The translations under genes were made by a program, and so were the position numbers. A model generated the notes under the pieces. The model saw nothing but the letters and a program-made list of their open reading frames with translations, made no database searches and was not told the DNA's origin. Shown here in pieces: positions 37,197 to 51,281 of a stretch of 64,000 nucleotides of DNA. Origin of the DNA: Tubulanus polymorphus (taxonomy: Eukaryota; Animalia; Nemertea); assembly GCF_964204645.1 (NCBI RefSeq), contig NC_134031.1, positions 18,855,910 through 18,919,909 on the forward strand, given 5' to 3'. The first letter of the stretch is position 1. The number at the start of each line of letters is the position of its first letter.

Positions 37197-39605
37197 CATA
37201 GTGCTATAACAAGATTATGAAACATTAGGCAACCCCCGAACTGAGATTAGGGATAACTCTACCGCCTGGTTACAGCGATATCCAGTCTGAATCGCGGTGA
37301 ACGATATAGAACACGTTCCAAGTTCCACTAGTCTACACCACTCAATGATCGTAAGACCAAAAAAAAAATCATGTTTAATGAATAATTCATAGGTTCAAGA
37401 TTCGCTTCAAAACAATTAACGGCAATCAACAAAACCAACACATGAACCGCTGATGAAGTAATCAACTCTAAAAACAGAAAGTAATGTAAAATCAATGTTG
37501 TAAGAGTGAGTACACAGCTGTAGTGACTGCGCTTATTTCACATCGACTCTTCTAATACTAGATAAACACCAAATCACTACCCACAGTTACACCGGGATGT
37601 GGCAGAGCGACCTTAGGATTTGAGAGTCACGATATGTGATCTTAGATAAAGAGTCAAATCTAACCAAGAACACTGTGTAAACTCGAGAGCCGTGTATTCT
37701 ATTTCTAATTCAATCTACCAATCAGCAAAGCTCGAAACCCTCATAATGCACCAAGTGTGAGATATATAGACTTTCGAGATTTATCTGAACCAGGATATTA
37801 TTCAAATAAAATGCAGCTTTTTTTAGAGATCTTGTTTCTTGACGTTATTCATGTTTGCTAATGAAAATACTACTGTAACATCGACGCGAAACTTATTTCC
37901 TGTTCACCAAATCAACAGTACCAGAACCGGAAATCTTTCTCAATCTTCAAGATTCTGAACGTTATCTACGACGTATTCCAGCAGCGGAGACCGATAGAAC
38001 TGTGAAACCCCTTCCAGGAGAAAGTTGGCTGGAAATTTGTTAGATCTTTAACACGATTTTCTCAAGTTTTTTCTATTTTCGGTTGGTATTGTATAACCCG
38101 TCGTAGAACTTTGATGACAAGTCCTTCAAAAGACACCGGTACACTCGCCCTATGTATAAAAGTAGCCAACTTGTATGTGTTTCTCTATCGAAGCTTAAAC
38201 TGATCAAAAACCAATTTTCTACAGAGGAAAATAATTCTTTTAAAGTGAAGCTTGTTCACAGTTAACTAAGCGGAAACGGAATATTCTGTTGTGTTTTGCA
38301 TCTTTTTCTTGTGCGATTTGTACCTACTGCGCAGTACACGTGGAAACCTGTTGAGAGCTCAGGTAATGATGATGATAATGTTAAAAGGGGACCTACATTC
38401 CTAGCACCATACCAGAACTCGGTTCCACCCGTAACATGTGACGGAACGAGTTGAAAATAGATGGTCTAACGCTAATGGAGAAACAAATATTAACCAAGGA
38501 CTGCTTTGAATATTGGACCGTTGGAAAGTGAAGTGATTGGCACCTATGCATTTTTCACACCTGTAAAACACTTGGGTGACTAGCTAGACATAAAGGTCAC
38601 TCCTATGATGCATTTTATGAGTAAGAATCCTCGAGACGGATTTTTGTAAACGTCTTTATGATTCCACCAAAGGGAAGCAAAGGTTTAAGACTGAAGGTGA
38701 TTAGAATTGATGAAAGAACGCTTTGCAAGAGCAAAAAAAAATCTATTTCTCTTTTTTGTCCTGGTTGATGTTGTTAAAAAAGAAGGACGACGTCAAAGAA
38801 ATATAGAAGATTTGAGAGGAGGAATTTCTGAGGCAAAAAGAATACGGTGAATGTAAGTAGGCTTATTACCAATAAATAAAACATCGGAGCTTTGAATAAA
38901 TGGCGCGAGTCTTACTTTACAGAGAACAAATTATTTAATACTGCAGATCAATCAAACCGTGCGACGAAATGTCAAAGAATCGCGGAAGCTGTTGCACGGA
39001 TACAGAGATGAACAAGATCAAGAGGATGGAGAATCATGCATCATTTGTAATCAGCATCTTCGACTGGGAGATTTGATTGCTGCAGCATTCACGACCGAGA
39101 AATGTAGGGATAAAAGCGAATTGTGCGCAGCCGCGTCGCATTGATCAACAGGAGACTTGGGGGAAAAAATTCCGCGTAGGCATCGTTTTCAGAGAGGAGC
39201 CGCTCTGCGAGAATACAGTCCACCTGATGCCGCCGGAGTATATTATGAAAAACGACGATGACTGTTTGAAATATGAGCGCCGAGCGGAGAATTCCTAATC
39301 ATACAAAACGAGGACGGCTTTATTCAGAATTCAGCGTTTCATTGCAGTCCAATTGAATATAGCCGTAAAAACGACTCATTCTCGCAAAACCCCGAAGAAA
39401 AGACGATTTTAGAATGTATGAAATATGAATAAAATCGCAGTTGCCCGATTCATAGTATTGTTTAGAAAATTTAGTATTTTCCAAAACAGTGAAATTATTC
39501 ATAGATTGTATCCGAGTTCTACATCGTGGGCCGTAGAATACCACTGAATCAGAGAATAGAGTTTGGAAAAGTTCTGGAGAGTTCTAGATCGTAAGTTGTA
39601 AGTAA

Positions 39606-39640
39606 CTTGGAGTAATCATTTGAAAAATGATTACTCCAAG
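39606..39640. repeat. Perfect 16-bp inverted repeat with 3-nt loop
   Basis: CTTGGAGTAATCATTT-GAA-AAATGATTACTCCAAG. Confidence 0.92.
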
Positions 39641-41639
39641 GTTAGACCCACTACTCGACGAGAAAATAATGGGAATATTTCTTCAAACTTTTCAGCGTGC
39701 TGGGAGCTACGTACATCGTAATGACGTCAAACGTTGTTAAAGAACAGGCTCAGATGTAAGATTAGAGGCATTTTGATTGGCCAACATGTCTAACATAACC
39801 CGCTGAATTGTGTCTATCGTTTGCATAACAAGATGACAATATCCCCACAAGATACCTATAACGCTTCTACGTGCTCGCCATCGTTGCGTCAATTTCTTTT
39901 CGGAAAAAAAGAGAAAAAAAGAAGATGATCAAAACCACGATAGACTAATAGACTGGATTTGGTGACATAGTCATCGTCTGCCAGTCAGAGTAGAAACTGT
40001 CGCTGGGGTTTAGATGAATCATGAATCACACCTCTGAACAACAATCCCTAAAGGTGACGACGGCACAATTACTGCGAAATTAGATTTGCATAATGTTTTT
40101 GTAACCGCGTGCGGAGAAAACTGCGTCGTAAAACGCGAAGTGTCTGTCGGGAGAATACTGATTCAAACTCAACGGTCGCTGCCGCAGCGAGCAGACGACG
40201 AAACCACCTCTCGACCACAATCGCGAGAGCGCGACGCAGAAACAATCAGAAATCTAATTAATTGAAAGTCGACAGGTTAAAAGCTCCCGGTTCTCGCAAA
40301 TCGGGCATCAGAAAAAAAAATGTCAAGAAAATGTCCGATTCTGCGTCATCGAGAAAAAATACTGTCAAACCGACGGAGATGAAAGCTTACAATCTAGGTC
40401 GAATGTAGAAATGTTGTCAACAGAAGAAAATGCGAATTCGAAAGAGACTATAGCCCCCTGGTGCACAGCGTTGTCGTTATGGGGAAAGCATTCATTCGCG
40501 AATGGCTTAAACTCTAGAACTCTCGGTCGGAATATTATCGGTGACACTGTGAGGGAAACTTAGTTTATTCTGTGTTGTCGTTTGGTTTCATTAAACTGTT
40601 GATTCGATGAACAGAAATCATGATTTCCTGCCTCCACTGGAACACCCTCCCCTCCCCCCTTCACAGTCACCCTCACAGACTCCCACCAGAGAGTAAGTCA
40701 TCAATCACTTAAACAAAGGAAAACTCAACTAATTGATCAAGTCGGTTTAGAGTTCACTATGTGACAACATAAATCATGATCGATCAGCCTGGAAGAGTGA
40801 GGGTAGATATTAGAGAGAGGGAGAGAGGGAGGGAGAGAGAATTCAGGCTCGTCGCCTCTCTTTAAACTAGTGTATTACCCGAGTCAGAAATTAGTGTGAT
40901 TATAACTAACATCTCTACCATCAGCGCCGCCATGAATGACGTAAGACCAGGAGCACTCGATCCCCGCGAGAGAGCCCCCATACACACCCTTCCGGTTTAC
41001 TGTAAGTGCTTGTTCTATTGCCAGTCTCCACTAGGGACTTGAACGTGTGTGTTGTGGATAATGCATTTACTTTTTATTTTTGGTAAACAGAATTTGTTCG
41101 TTCACAAAAACGAATCTTGTTCACTATAATCTTAGCTCCTAAGTAGATACCAAACCGTGGTAAAAATATCGCAGAAAATAAGAGAAGAGAAGAGGGGTAT
41201 ATGGAAGATTATTCGAAGGAGTGTGTGGCTAATGGGAATTACTAGATACAAAATCCCCACACGAGTAAAATGTCACAAAATATCTATATATAAACGCGTA
41301 AAGATATTACTGATGTCTGATGTCTTAAAGCGATATAAGTCTGGTGTCGGGTGTAATCACTACTTGTTGAGATGCAGGACTGTGTGTCGTTAATTTCTTG
41401 CCACGTTAGTCTCACGGTGAATTTAATTATGTAGCAGTCGTACAGAATTCCGCTCTGTCTTAACGGGGATAAATTTCGAATACACCGTCGGGCCGGACTG
41501 GGGCTCAGCAGCAAGCTGTCTGCCACACTCAGAGGACGTGATGAAACGCTAAGAAAACCTACCACATACAAATATAAATGTAAAGAAACTGGAAGTCAAG
41601 TTTATAAAAAAAGAGATCTGAAAGATACGATTCGTTCGG

Positions 41640-41705
41640 GTTCGATGCGGGATTCGAACCCACTCTCTTCGGCTGCGAGTCAAACGCTTTAACCACCAGA
41701 CAAAA
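41640..41705 (-). mobile_element. tRNA-derived SINE head or tRNA pseudogene
   Basis: Minus strand TGTCTGGTGGTTAAAGCGTTTGACTCGCAGCCGAAGAGAGTGGGTTCGAATCCCGC: A-box-like segment, anticodon-like segment and perfect B-box, but no cloverleaf acceptor stem. Confidence 0.55.
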
Positions 41706-43172
41706 ATGGCAATAAGACACGATTGAAGCGATCATTTATAGTTACAGCGACATTTTGATGAGTTCATCCGTTTTCTTTCGAAAAGCATTTCAGGATGAGG
41801 GCTAGAGTTTCGTGTGAATGACAACCTGTGAACAATGCGTCAACATTCAAGTAATAACAGTGTGACTGTATGTATTTGTCGTTACAGAATCAGGTGGCGT
41901 CAACTCTCGCGGGCTACGACTAATGTCCAATACGATCTGTATTCAATACTGGTCACTGTTTGGACGCGTGTGAGATGAATCGGTCAGTTCATTAATGGTG
42001 ACCGGTTCCATCAAAACGGCTGCATCATCATCAGCAGCCTTCGATACACAGAACATCCATTGAATTATCCGCTTAAAACCGCCTCTGCTATTATTATTCA
42101 TCTATCGGTTAGAAATTAGCCAGTCGCATCCGGTGGTTTTTCTCGCGAGAGGTCGTTACCCGAAAGGTGAACGCGCCGAACTCTGATTGGAATTATATAT
42201 TGAGTTCATGTTAACACCGTGAATATGAATTTGCATAGTGTTTTTCTCAAACCGGTCAGCCATAACTGGAAATGAGTAAGGTATATTGACGATCATTATC
42301 AATCATTATCAAATATATCATTTCTGAAGATGTACGAATTATGGCTAATGATATATTCGCGATACAACAAAACTGGATTTGACCATTTTTCGATTTAGTA
42401 TTCTTTACAAACAAAAGGAAATGCTATTCAGAACTTGGCAAAACCAGATCTTGGGTTTGACAAGATTCACCATCTTTTTTTCGCAATGTAAAATTGAAAA
42501 ATGTTTAGAAAAACAAAAGAAATATTCGCTACTGCGCCATTTATTATTGATTCATGAACGGAAATGCTCGAAAAGCGGATCGCATGGTAAAGAAAGTGAC
42601 TGTACGGCGACGGCGGGAAATCATGTAAAATTTATAACGTTTTAAAACCGCATCTGACGCAATTTAATTAGTATAAATCAGGAGCGCCGTCGTTACTGTA
42701 GGGTCCTCGATATAATTGGCATTCAGAGATGGTTTCGATGATAATGAAGGTAAAGGTGATGAGGCTATAAATGCTGAGTCATTCCGCTGAGTCTGACTCG
42801 AGGAGAGACGTGGAGTTAGTTGTCTTTAGTTAATTAGTCGTCGCTTTGTTTTTCCATTCATCGCGTAAAAACCTTTAATGAGAATATTGTCGCATGAAAT
42901 TTTTCCACACCCCCGATTCCGTCTTTTGAATGTCATTTCAAACGATAATTAGCAAAGGAAACTGCTGCGACGGCAGGCATGCGCGCGCATATGCAACTAT
43001 ATTCAAATACGGTCAATGATCCACAAATTAGTTCGAAAAACAACGTTCAATCATTAATCTCAAGACGATGCATCATCCAAACATTCCAGTTGGTCATTAT
43101 GGCCCGAGTTATGGATCAAAAATAGCGCACAAACCTTGCCAAAATCCTAACCCACACATAATCGCATACACT

Positions 43173-43206
43173 ATTCTCTTCTCATGGGCTGGGATTCGAA
43201 CCTGAT
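43173..43206 (-). repeat. Solo arm of the B-box foldback family
   Basis: TTCTCATGGGCTGGGATTCGAACCTGAT matches the left-arm consensus CATCCTCCTCGGCTGGGAYTCGAACCTGAT. Confidence 0.55.
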
Positions 43207-44735
43207 GGCATCCAGAGACTCCCGAGAATTATAGTTCACCTATGCGAGCACAGATGTCGTTAGCATCGACTCGTTTATACTTCACTAATCCGTAATCAAT
43301 AAGTCTTATTTAATGCTAGCGTCATCACGTTCGTTAATGGCTACTTGTCTTCATCTCTCAGTCTCCGTGACTCTTCCCCACTCTGCCGCAGCAGCAGCAG
43401 CAGCAGTAGAGCCCGCACTACAACTATTAATAGAATTACGGGATCACCGATTCTCTATTCTCCGAAAATGGCCAGTTATTTTTTTCTAGTTCAAAAAACA
43501 AAATCACGTCGCGGTCCTAATAGCAATTTTCTTTTTTACTGTTACAACCATAATGCTGGCTATTGATTTATAAAAGATGATCTCTTTAAGGAAAATTGTT
43601 CTCTTATCCGCCAGACAAGGAAATCTACTGGTAGCAGCAGCAGCAGTAGAGATCCCGACTGAAATAGCGGCTTATCTTCTTATAATCAATCAATATCGAA
43701 GGACGGTTGAATCCTGAATGTCTCAACCTGCGGGGCTATACTTACTACTGGTCGTAACCAAATTGAAAAGAAAAATACTGCGTAGGTGGTAAGCAATAGA
43801 TTTGGAAGAACGCAACGACGGAGGACCTATATATCTAAAGCATGGTTAAACCAATTCGACCCGACTCGGACTAAGACTCTAGGGTCAACAATGGTTTCTT
43901 TACGGGACCGGGACCGGTCTCTAGCAGTTAACCGTCGTTGTGAAATGTTCAAGCCCGGCACGCACGAGACCTTGTGTTTAGCTCTGTGAACCAGTAAGGC
44001 ACGAAGGGCACAAGAATATAAACTGTTGGAAAAAAATCTGTAAATTCGACCGATCCTCCAACTATCTTTACTTTCGATTTGCGACAGGTGTGATGGCTCG
44101 TAAGGGACACAAAATCAAAATAAATCAAAACGAAATAAGTTAGAGCGGCAACCATCCCATCGAGATAGAAATAACCTCGGTGACCGTCACACATTTCGGA
44201 TCCTGGTGGCAATTTTCTGACGAAGGTATAGCGAGGACCTTCGATATTTTCGCATGCATTAACGGAACAATTGGCTTCACGCCGTCAGTCACTGGCAATA
44301 ACGATCAAAGCCAGACGCGAGAACAGCTCAATTTATTCTCACTGAGTCCCGCATCGAGAGATATCGACGGAGCAACTGAAAATAATCAGCGACGATATGA
44401 GCTCGCGTTCGTAATTCCCGCTAACCACTTGAAATAACCGTGTCTATTGTGTTTAATAATGGTATTATAGATAACAAAACCGGATTCAGCGAATCGCGAC
44501 CACTCGACGCTAATAACGATGATCGGGTTTTTTATTCCAGTCCGAATTAGATTGTTACCATTGTCCCCGACCCCGGATGGTAATAGTGTATGTGTACGCG
44601 AGTGGATTATAACTCGAGTCGAGTTGGATATTTTAAGGATGCTAGTCGGTGCATCGCAGCACCTGAGTTCGCCATCAAAAGAACAATCGTCGTAAAATTG
44701 AAATTATTTCATGGAAGTCATAGAAAAAGGGATTC

Positions 44736-44975
<240 letters not shown>

Positions 44976-45865
44976 CGCGCAGTCTGAACGATGAGTCGTA
45001 TATCGTGGAGCGATTCTAGTTTTCTCTTCAACCGCGACGCCGCAAAATGATAATTTACTCAACTCCCAGCGAAAATGAACAATTGAAGTTTTCACAATGC
45101 GCGGTAATTGGCGCGATAGAAGCGCGGTTAAAAAAGTAACGAAATTTCTGCACGCCGCCGCCGCCGCTGCTGAACTAAAAACTAAATTCACGAAACGACG
45201 TTCTTGAAAAAACTTCCCGGCAGTTAAACGAACAAAGCGGGCATTATTCTTAAATTCGATTATCGCGAAACTTTTCACGCCGAAAGTGTCTCGGAGAATT
45301 ACTCATTTATATCGGGCGGTATTCAAACCAGCAGCCGTGGACTGACTGCACATGAGAGCGCGCACCGCCGCCGATGCCGCTGTTGTCTGGAGTGAGATGT
45401 ATAAGATTTAAATAAAAACGGTTACGCTGTAAATCACTTCAATTCGCAGTAGGGAATAGAATCCTTGTGAATAACAATAGACGGAAACTAATGTTTTATT
45501 CGAGAGTTCGTGAACGGATTGCGTCGATGCCGAGCAGATATGAAACGCACTAGTCACATTTCGCTTTCGGTGAAAATTCCATCTTATTTTCGACGATGGC
45601 GAAGGATTTTTTGTACGTTTTCGCTGTCACTCACAAACTGTGTGTAAAAGATTACACACCGCGAGCAGCATGCATCCCAACCGCTGCGCACTTCAACCGT
45701 CCCCAACTCTTATGAATAATGAATGAAGCGAATTTTTTCTTTTCTTTCTAAGTAGAACTCAGACGCATTTCGATGTCGACGCTGACCAACAACCATCAGA
45801 TAACACACACACACATCTCCTCGCGACCGAGTTTACGAATCTGAATTTTCAAGTAGACACCAAGC

Positions 45866-46058
45866 CAGTTGCATGGGTTAGATTTGATACCTCTCAGTTC
45901 ATCTTGGTTCTTAACCTTTCTAACAGCCCAATACCACGGGACGGGGCTCTGTTTTACTCTGGTAACCTCAGTTGCATTGGATTAGATTTAAGACCTTTAA
46001 GTGTTCATCTTGGTTCTACAATCAGTCTTAAGCTGTTAGGACCACGAGACAGGGTCTG
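45866..46058. repeat. Diverged ~103-bp tandem duplication
   Basis: CAGTTGCAT.G..TTAGATTT...GTTCATCTTGGTTCT...ACCACG.GAC.GGG at 45866 and 45969. Confidence 0.8.
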
Positions 46059-49000
46059 CTCAATATGGACTATCAGATAACATGTAGGCCTATATACGGA
46101 TAACATAACATAAACAACTATTGTAAAGACCAGTCATACATCGGGCTAATCTAAAAACTTAAGACGTGTCTTGTGATTTAAGACCACTTTTGGACTAAAG
46201 TCATGACTGACAACACGGACTGCTCGGAGTTCCGGATCGCGCTCAATATTGCTCCGTCGCTGTGTTTATGATGAAGAATTATCGCTCCCGTCACAATGCG
46301 CAGTCCCCAAGGTCAAGGTCGATTCGTGATACGCATGATGTAGTAATTAAACGTAAAGGTCCCACAATTTTACATTTATTCTTTATTATTTTCATTATCC
46401 ATGTATTGATGATTGGAAAATGTTCACGTATCATTTCACACACTGACGAATGGCGCTAGCAACCATCCGAGAGATTTCTAAACATCTGATAAACTGTTAC
46501 TGAGTCAGTTTGCTATATTGGGGCATTTACCATTTTCATTTTTACTCCGTCCGTTGTTTGACTGGTGGCAATGGTGGAAACAAACCGCACGTCACAGGTA
46601 TAAGAAAAATAAGCAAACAATCGCTCGTCGCATGATCATAGAATATGAAACCATTTCCATCAAGCTAGATTAAATTCACATGGATATCAAAGTTCTTACC
46701 AAGAAATGTGATAGTATTTTCGCTCGTACTATTTAAGAATAACCCATTTAGTAATTGTTATCGACGCAAAGGTCATCCTATGAGAAACCAAAGCTTACCT
46801 TATTGTAATGACGGTTCTCGGTACCTAAATGGATAAATTCAACGTCGCAATTCCTGAAGATTTAAGAGAAAGAATCGTTAAAACAAGCCATAAAAAGGCA
46901 AAGTAGATATTTTGATGCAGTTTGGAAAAGCCATCGAATTATACAGTTACAGTCGCCACCGATGAATAAATTGCAATTCAGCAAATGCAGACCGTGTGCC
47001 GACGTTCGTCGACGTTTGAAAATTCAAAAAGGGGGTTAGTTCGAAACCCCCCTAAGGACACCCAGTATTTAACTGATTTGAAGGTAAAATAAGCGAAAAC
47101 TTTTAGTTTTAAAAAGAGGGATTGTTGTATGTATCACTCAATTCAAATAATACATTGCTTAAGATGATGAGGTTGATATAGATGAATCAGCATCATTGAA
47201 CAATTTAGTTCAGTTGGGCTTTTAACTGGGGAATGTACTCTTTAAACACTATTGCCTAAAACTCGACAGCAATGCCCTTTTTGATTGTGCTTTTCTGGAA
47301 GAGGGAATATGTTTTTATCGGTAGAAGGTTTCTATAGTCGCGGAAACTGAGGAACAGGTAGAAACTTCCAACGCTGTAATCACAAGAGAAGGTAGATAAT
47401 TCTGGACGAGCACAATCGACGTAAGTCATGTATTGAGGGTGTCTTAGCACCAGAATCTAGTAACATGGTTCTCGACTATATTTCAACCCGAGTAGAATTT
47501 ATCTTTTTTCTTAATAATTCAACTGAAAATTATGACACCTCATTATGGGTGATTTTATCAAATCTCCAGACGTACAAAATCCTGCCCAAAAAGGTAGACA
47601 TATTGTTTGGAATCTGGTGATGAACAGTTAGAGAGAAAGAGAGAGAGAGAGAGAAACTGATGTATCTTCATTTATCTTTTCGCAGCGACGTCGGGCGATG
47701 ACTAGGAGGTAATTACAGCAATTTAATGGCCTGTGACAGGGTGTCTACAGACCCCCGATCACATCTATTTCATTTCCCAATGGGCCGCGTTCGCATGGCA
47801 ATCACAAGCATACGACGACGCGGGCTTAACAGCCGAAACATTTTTACGACCGGTTTTTAAACGTCTTGTAACTGGTGTACAGCGCCGCACTGATAAGACA
47901 ATTTTACCGACAGTCAGTGCTTTCAACGCGCCTGGGGACCGTCACAAACTGTCTACGACAACAACCCGCCTTGTAATTTATATTTTCCCGTCGCCTGAGT
48001 TTTTAAATTGAAACGTTTCGAAGAGAATACGAAAGAAGGTGCAGATATTTCCCCAACCGATTCAGCAGCGAGACTTTAACTACACCGCTTACCTCTCGAT
48101 AAGACGATTTATGATAAGAATTTCACCGTTTAAGTCCTAGAATACACGTGCTTACCTAATTGAACTCGATAGTGATAAGTTCCGAATCCGGGTTTAAACG
48201 TGACGTCACTGCGGGCTAAAGACAACGATATCCGTGTTTTGCAATAATAGACGCGCGCGCGCGAGTAGATGATAGAACGGTAAGAGGAGATGCTCGTCGT
48301 GGCGCGGAGGATGCTGCAGAGAAGGTAACAGCGACGACGGATGAAGATCGGTTACAGCGAAGCGATTATCAGACGGAGTCGCAACATCTCTGACACATCA
48401 GATTAGAAGCGATGAGACAGACACACACACACAGATACACCAGACAGTCGACAGGTCACTGTTTCTACCTTAGATTCGCCTATTACCTTCAGAAACTGAT
48501 ACTTAACACACACAAAACTTCTCAAAATACGTTACTCCTAAAACAATTTTTGATAAATACGCGTATATTTGGAACAGTTTTGAAATATCCTTGCACAGGA
48601 AGCGAGAGTAGAAGGAAGTTCTTCAGAATTATGCTGTTGCTGATTATCACCTCAAACTGTTATAAAAGAGCTTTATTCCAACGTTCAAGCGATTTCTAAA
48701 GGAATACGTTCGTTAAATCTGGATGATTCGCTTAGAACGAGATCTCAAAATTCCCAAGCTTAGTAAACTGCATATGATTTATTGCAAAACTTTCGCAGGT
48801 TCCACAGAAACTGTTTCGCAATCGAGCTGGGATAAAAACGTTTCTCAATTCTGAAGAATATTCGACTGAATTTTGTCGCCGTGTCCGGTCACGATCTCGG
48901 TTACTGATTAATCATGATTTACTGAAGCACGATATCCGTAGATCCATTAAAACAACCGTACACCCTCGCTCTCTCTCTCACTCTCTTTACCTCAACACGA

Positions 49001-51213
49001 GAGAAATACCGAATGAACAGCGAAATAATGTTTCAATTTATTCACGCATCTACTTTAGAGACCGCGGTAGGTGAACGCAAAAAACAATGCTACGGCAGCG
49101 ACGGAAAATGTATTCTTGTCACTTGGGTTTTGTATTCCTAACGGTACGTGTCTCCGCAGCGATGCTGTTATTCTCGCGTTTTTGTGACGGCGCATACGAT
49201 GATGAAGTAGTAACAGTAAATGAATGCACGCGCGCGCACTTTTGACAAGTTTGCGTCGAGACGAAGAGTTGAAACAATAGAAATTCCGCAGGAGGATCTA
49301 AGACTCGACAGTTTCTCGTGATACGAGACCATCAAACGAGACGGCATTCAGTGAGTGTACGCGCGCCGCACGCGATCGGGGAAGTATTTAAACGCGACAA
49401 ATCAGTATCTGAGGAGAGAGCTAGCTATCTATAGAGCCTGGAGATATTGTAGTGATCCTCCCTCGGTATCCCCATCACAGACACTAGAAATCATACTTGG
49501 CTTGACCGTTCTGAACTAACTATACACGAGACCTGGCCTGTATTATCTATAGCCCACTTTATTGTCTCCCATCTATTAGCTATTAGTCTCCCATAAGTAG
49601 GATGAAAAAATACCACCCTGCTTGATATTGGGAATTCTGCCATCGAGTTGACAAAATGTTCCCTCACCTCAAGTACCACAGCACTGATACACACTCAAGG
49701 TACTTGGTGGATCTTCGGTCTAACAATAATAACGTGGGCGTTCTTTGCACCAATCTACGAGAACTGTACGCCGTGTACTGGCCGGTACAGAGCGAAGACG
49801 TGAAGGTTTGTGAACTGATTGAGTCAGCTCAGTCATCGTGTGACACTCTTTCAGTGCGCGGCACCAGACTGTGTCCGCGGTGCGCGGTACCTGTACTCAA
49901 ACGTACTAATAATTGAAGAGGTTTATAAGTAAATATTTATCCAGTTATCGACTGACAAGAGAAGCTAATTAAGTGATCACCACGCCGCGAGCTGACTGCT
50001 GCTACTGCTGCAGCTATATTCGCCGTCAGTCATGCTGCGGCACAACGTATTCTTATGTCAAACGATTTATAATACTTGTATTAATGGGGCGGGTACACTG
50101 CAGTAGCCTAATTACTATTATATGTAGACCTATTGTCTCCCTGTATCTTCTGCCTATGCATTTAACATTAGAATGCTATTATGGCAGTTAATGATTTGTG
50201 TAAGAGAGTTCCTTAATGTATACATCTGTTTGTTATACAGACATTGTGCGGATCTGATCCGGACGAAGTGTATGCAAATGACAATAAGACATCTGATGGG
50301 TTTGTATACGCGATCTATGAGAATTCCTTTGAAATAGTTTAAGTTATGCTTCTGCTTTTAAATCCTTGGGCCAGTTGCACAGTCAGGGCTTAGAAATAAG
50401 ACAGGTCTAAGACTATTTTGGTCTCAATACAATCTAACAAGGTCAATCAAAGGAATAAGGGCCACACTGTGTATAACTGGGCCGTGAACAGTAGATGGGA
50501 TTGTTGAAGTGACCACAAAGGTTAATGGCCTACACGGTCGTGTCGATGATACATGCATTGGCCATTCCATACGTACGGGTTTCGGGAAAAAAGGGTTAAA
50601 ATTATACAAACTTCACACTGAGCTTAAAAACAAAAAGGGGGAGGGATCATATTTGCCCAGCTGCATGATAACCCAGCAATTCACGCTTCAATTTCATTTT
50701 CAATCTCAAACAACGAGAGATCAAACAGTGATTTATTTCACTAATTCGATTTATCATCGTAACGTCAGAATAGACCCAGGCGGCGCGTGTCCTGATGGCG
50801 CCCGTCACCACGGAGCACTAACCGTACTGAAATCATTAATCTTTACGCCACTTTAAACACAATGTAAAATTCTATTGTTCCGAAAAATGCTACGTCGAAT
50901 TGTGAAATTGTAAAAATTATGCGGCATATCTTTTGCTGCGGATGCTGGCGCGCGTGGATACGACGAGTGATGATCAACCGTATTTATTTGATTTCTCAGC
51001 ATCCCTCGGGAGTGCTGAACATTGTGCGATTTTTCTCAAATATCCCGCATCCCTGTAAGGCAACTTACACTGACTTCACGCTGAAATATTTGTGGTGATT
51101 CGTTTTTTTTTTTTGGTAACATTATGATTCATAATATCTCCTGAAGTGTTTTTTATACTTGTTTTTAAAGGTTCATTGAGCTTTCTAAAATCTACCGCAT
51201 GATGTAAAAGAAT

Positions 51214-51281
51214 GATTCTTCCTCGTCACGAGTTCGAGCCTGATGACTGCCTCAGGTTCGAATCCCTGCCGAGGCAGGATG
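51214..51281. mobile_element. Small foldback element with B-box-containing arms, copy 2
   Basis: CTTCCTCGTCACGAGTTCGAGCCTGA ... TCAGGTTCGAATCCCTGCCGAGGCAGGATG; arms are inverted and homologous to 22981-23063. Confidence 0.65.

Noticed and set aside
38380-38900. Coding-looking stretch (also 47160-47460 and 7160-7380)
   Set aside because: The frames I translated have multiple stops and no motif I can recognise.
41093-41103. TTTGTTCGTTC resembling the miR-375 5' end (similarly TAAGGCACG near 43995 for miR-124)
   Set aside because: Only 9-11 nt match and no proper precursor hairpin.
46829-46906. MDKFNVAIPEDLRERIVKTSH resembling the start of a gypsy integrase zinc-binding region
   Set aside because: Only 25 codons and no second His or CxxC downstream; too little to call.
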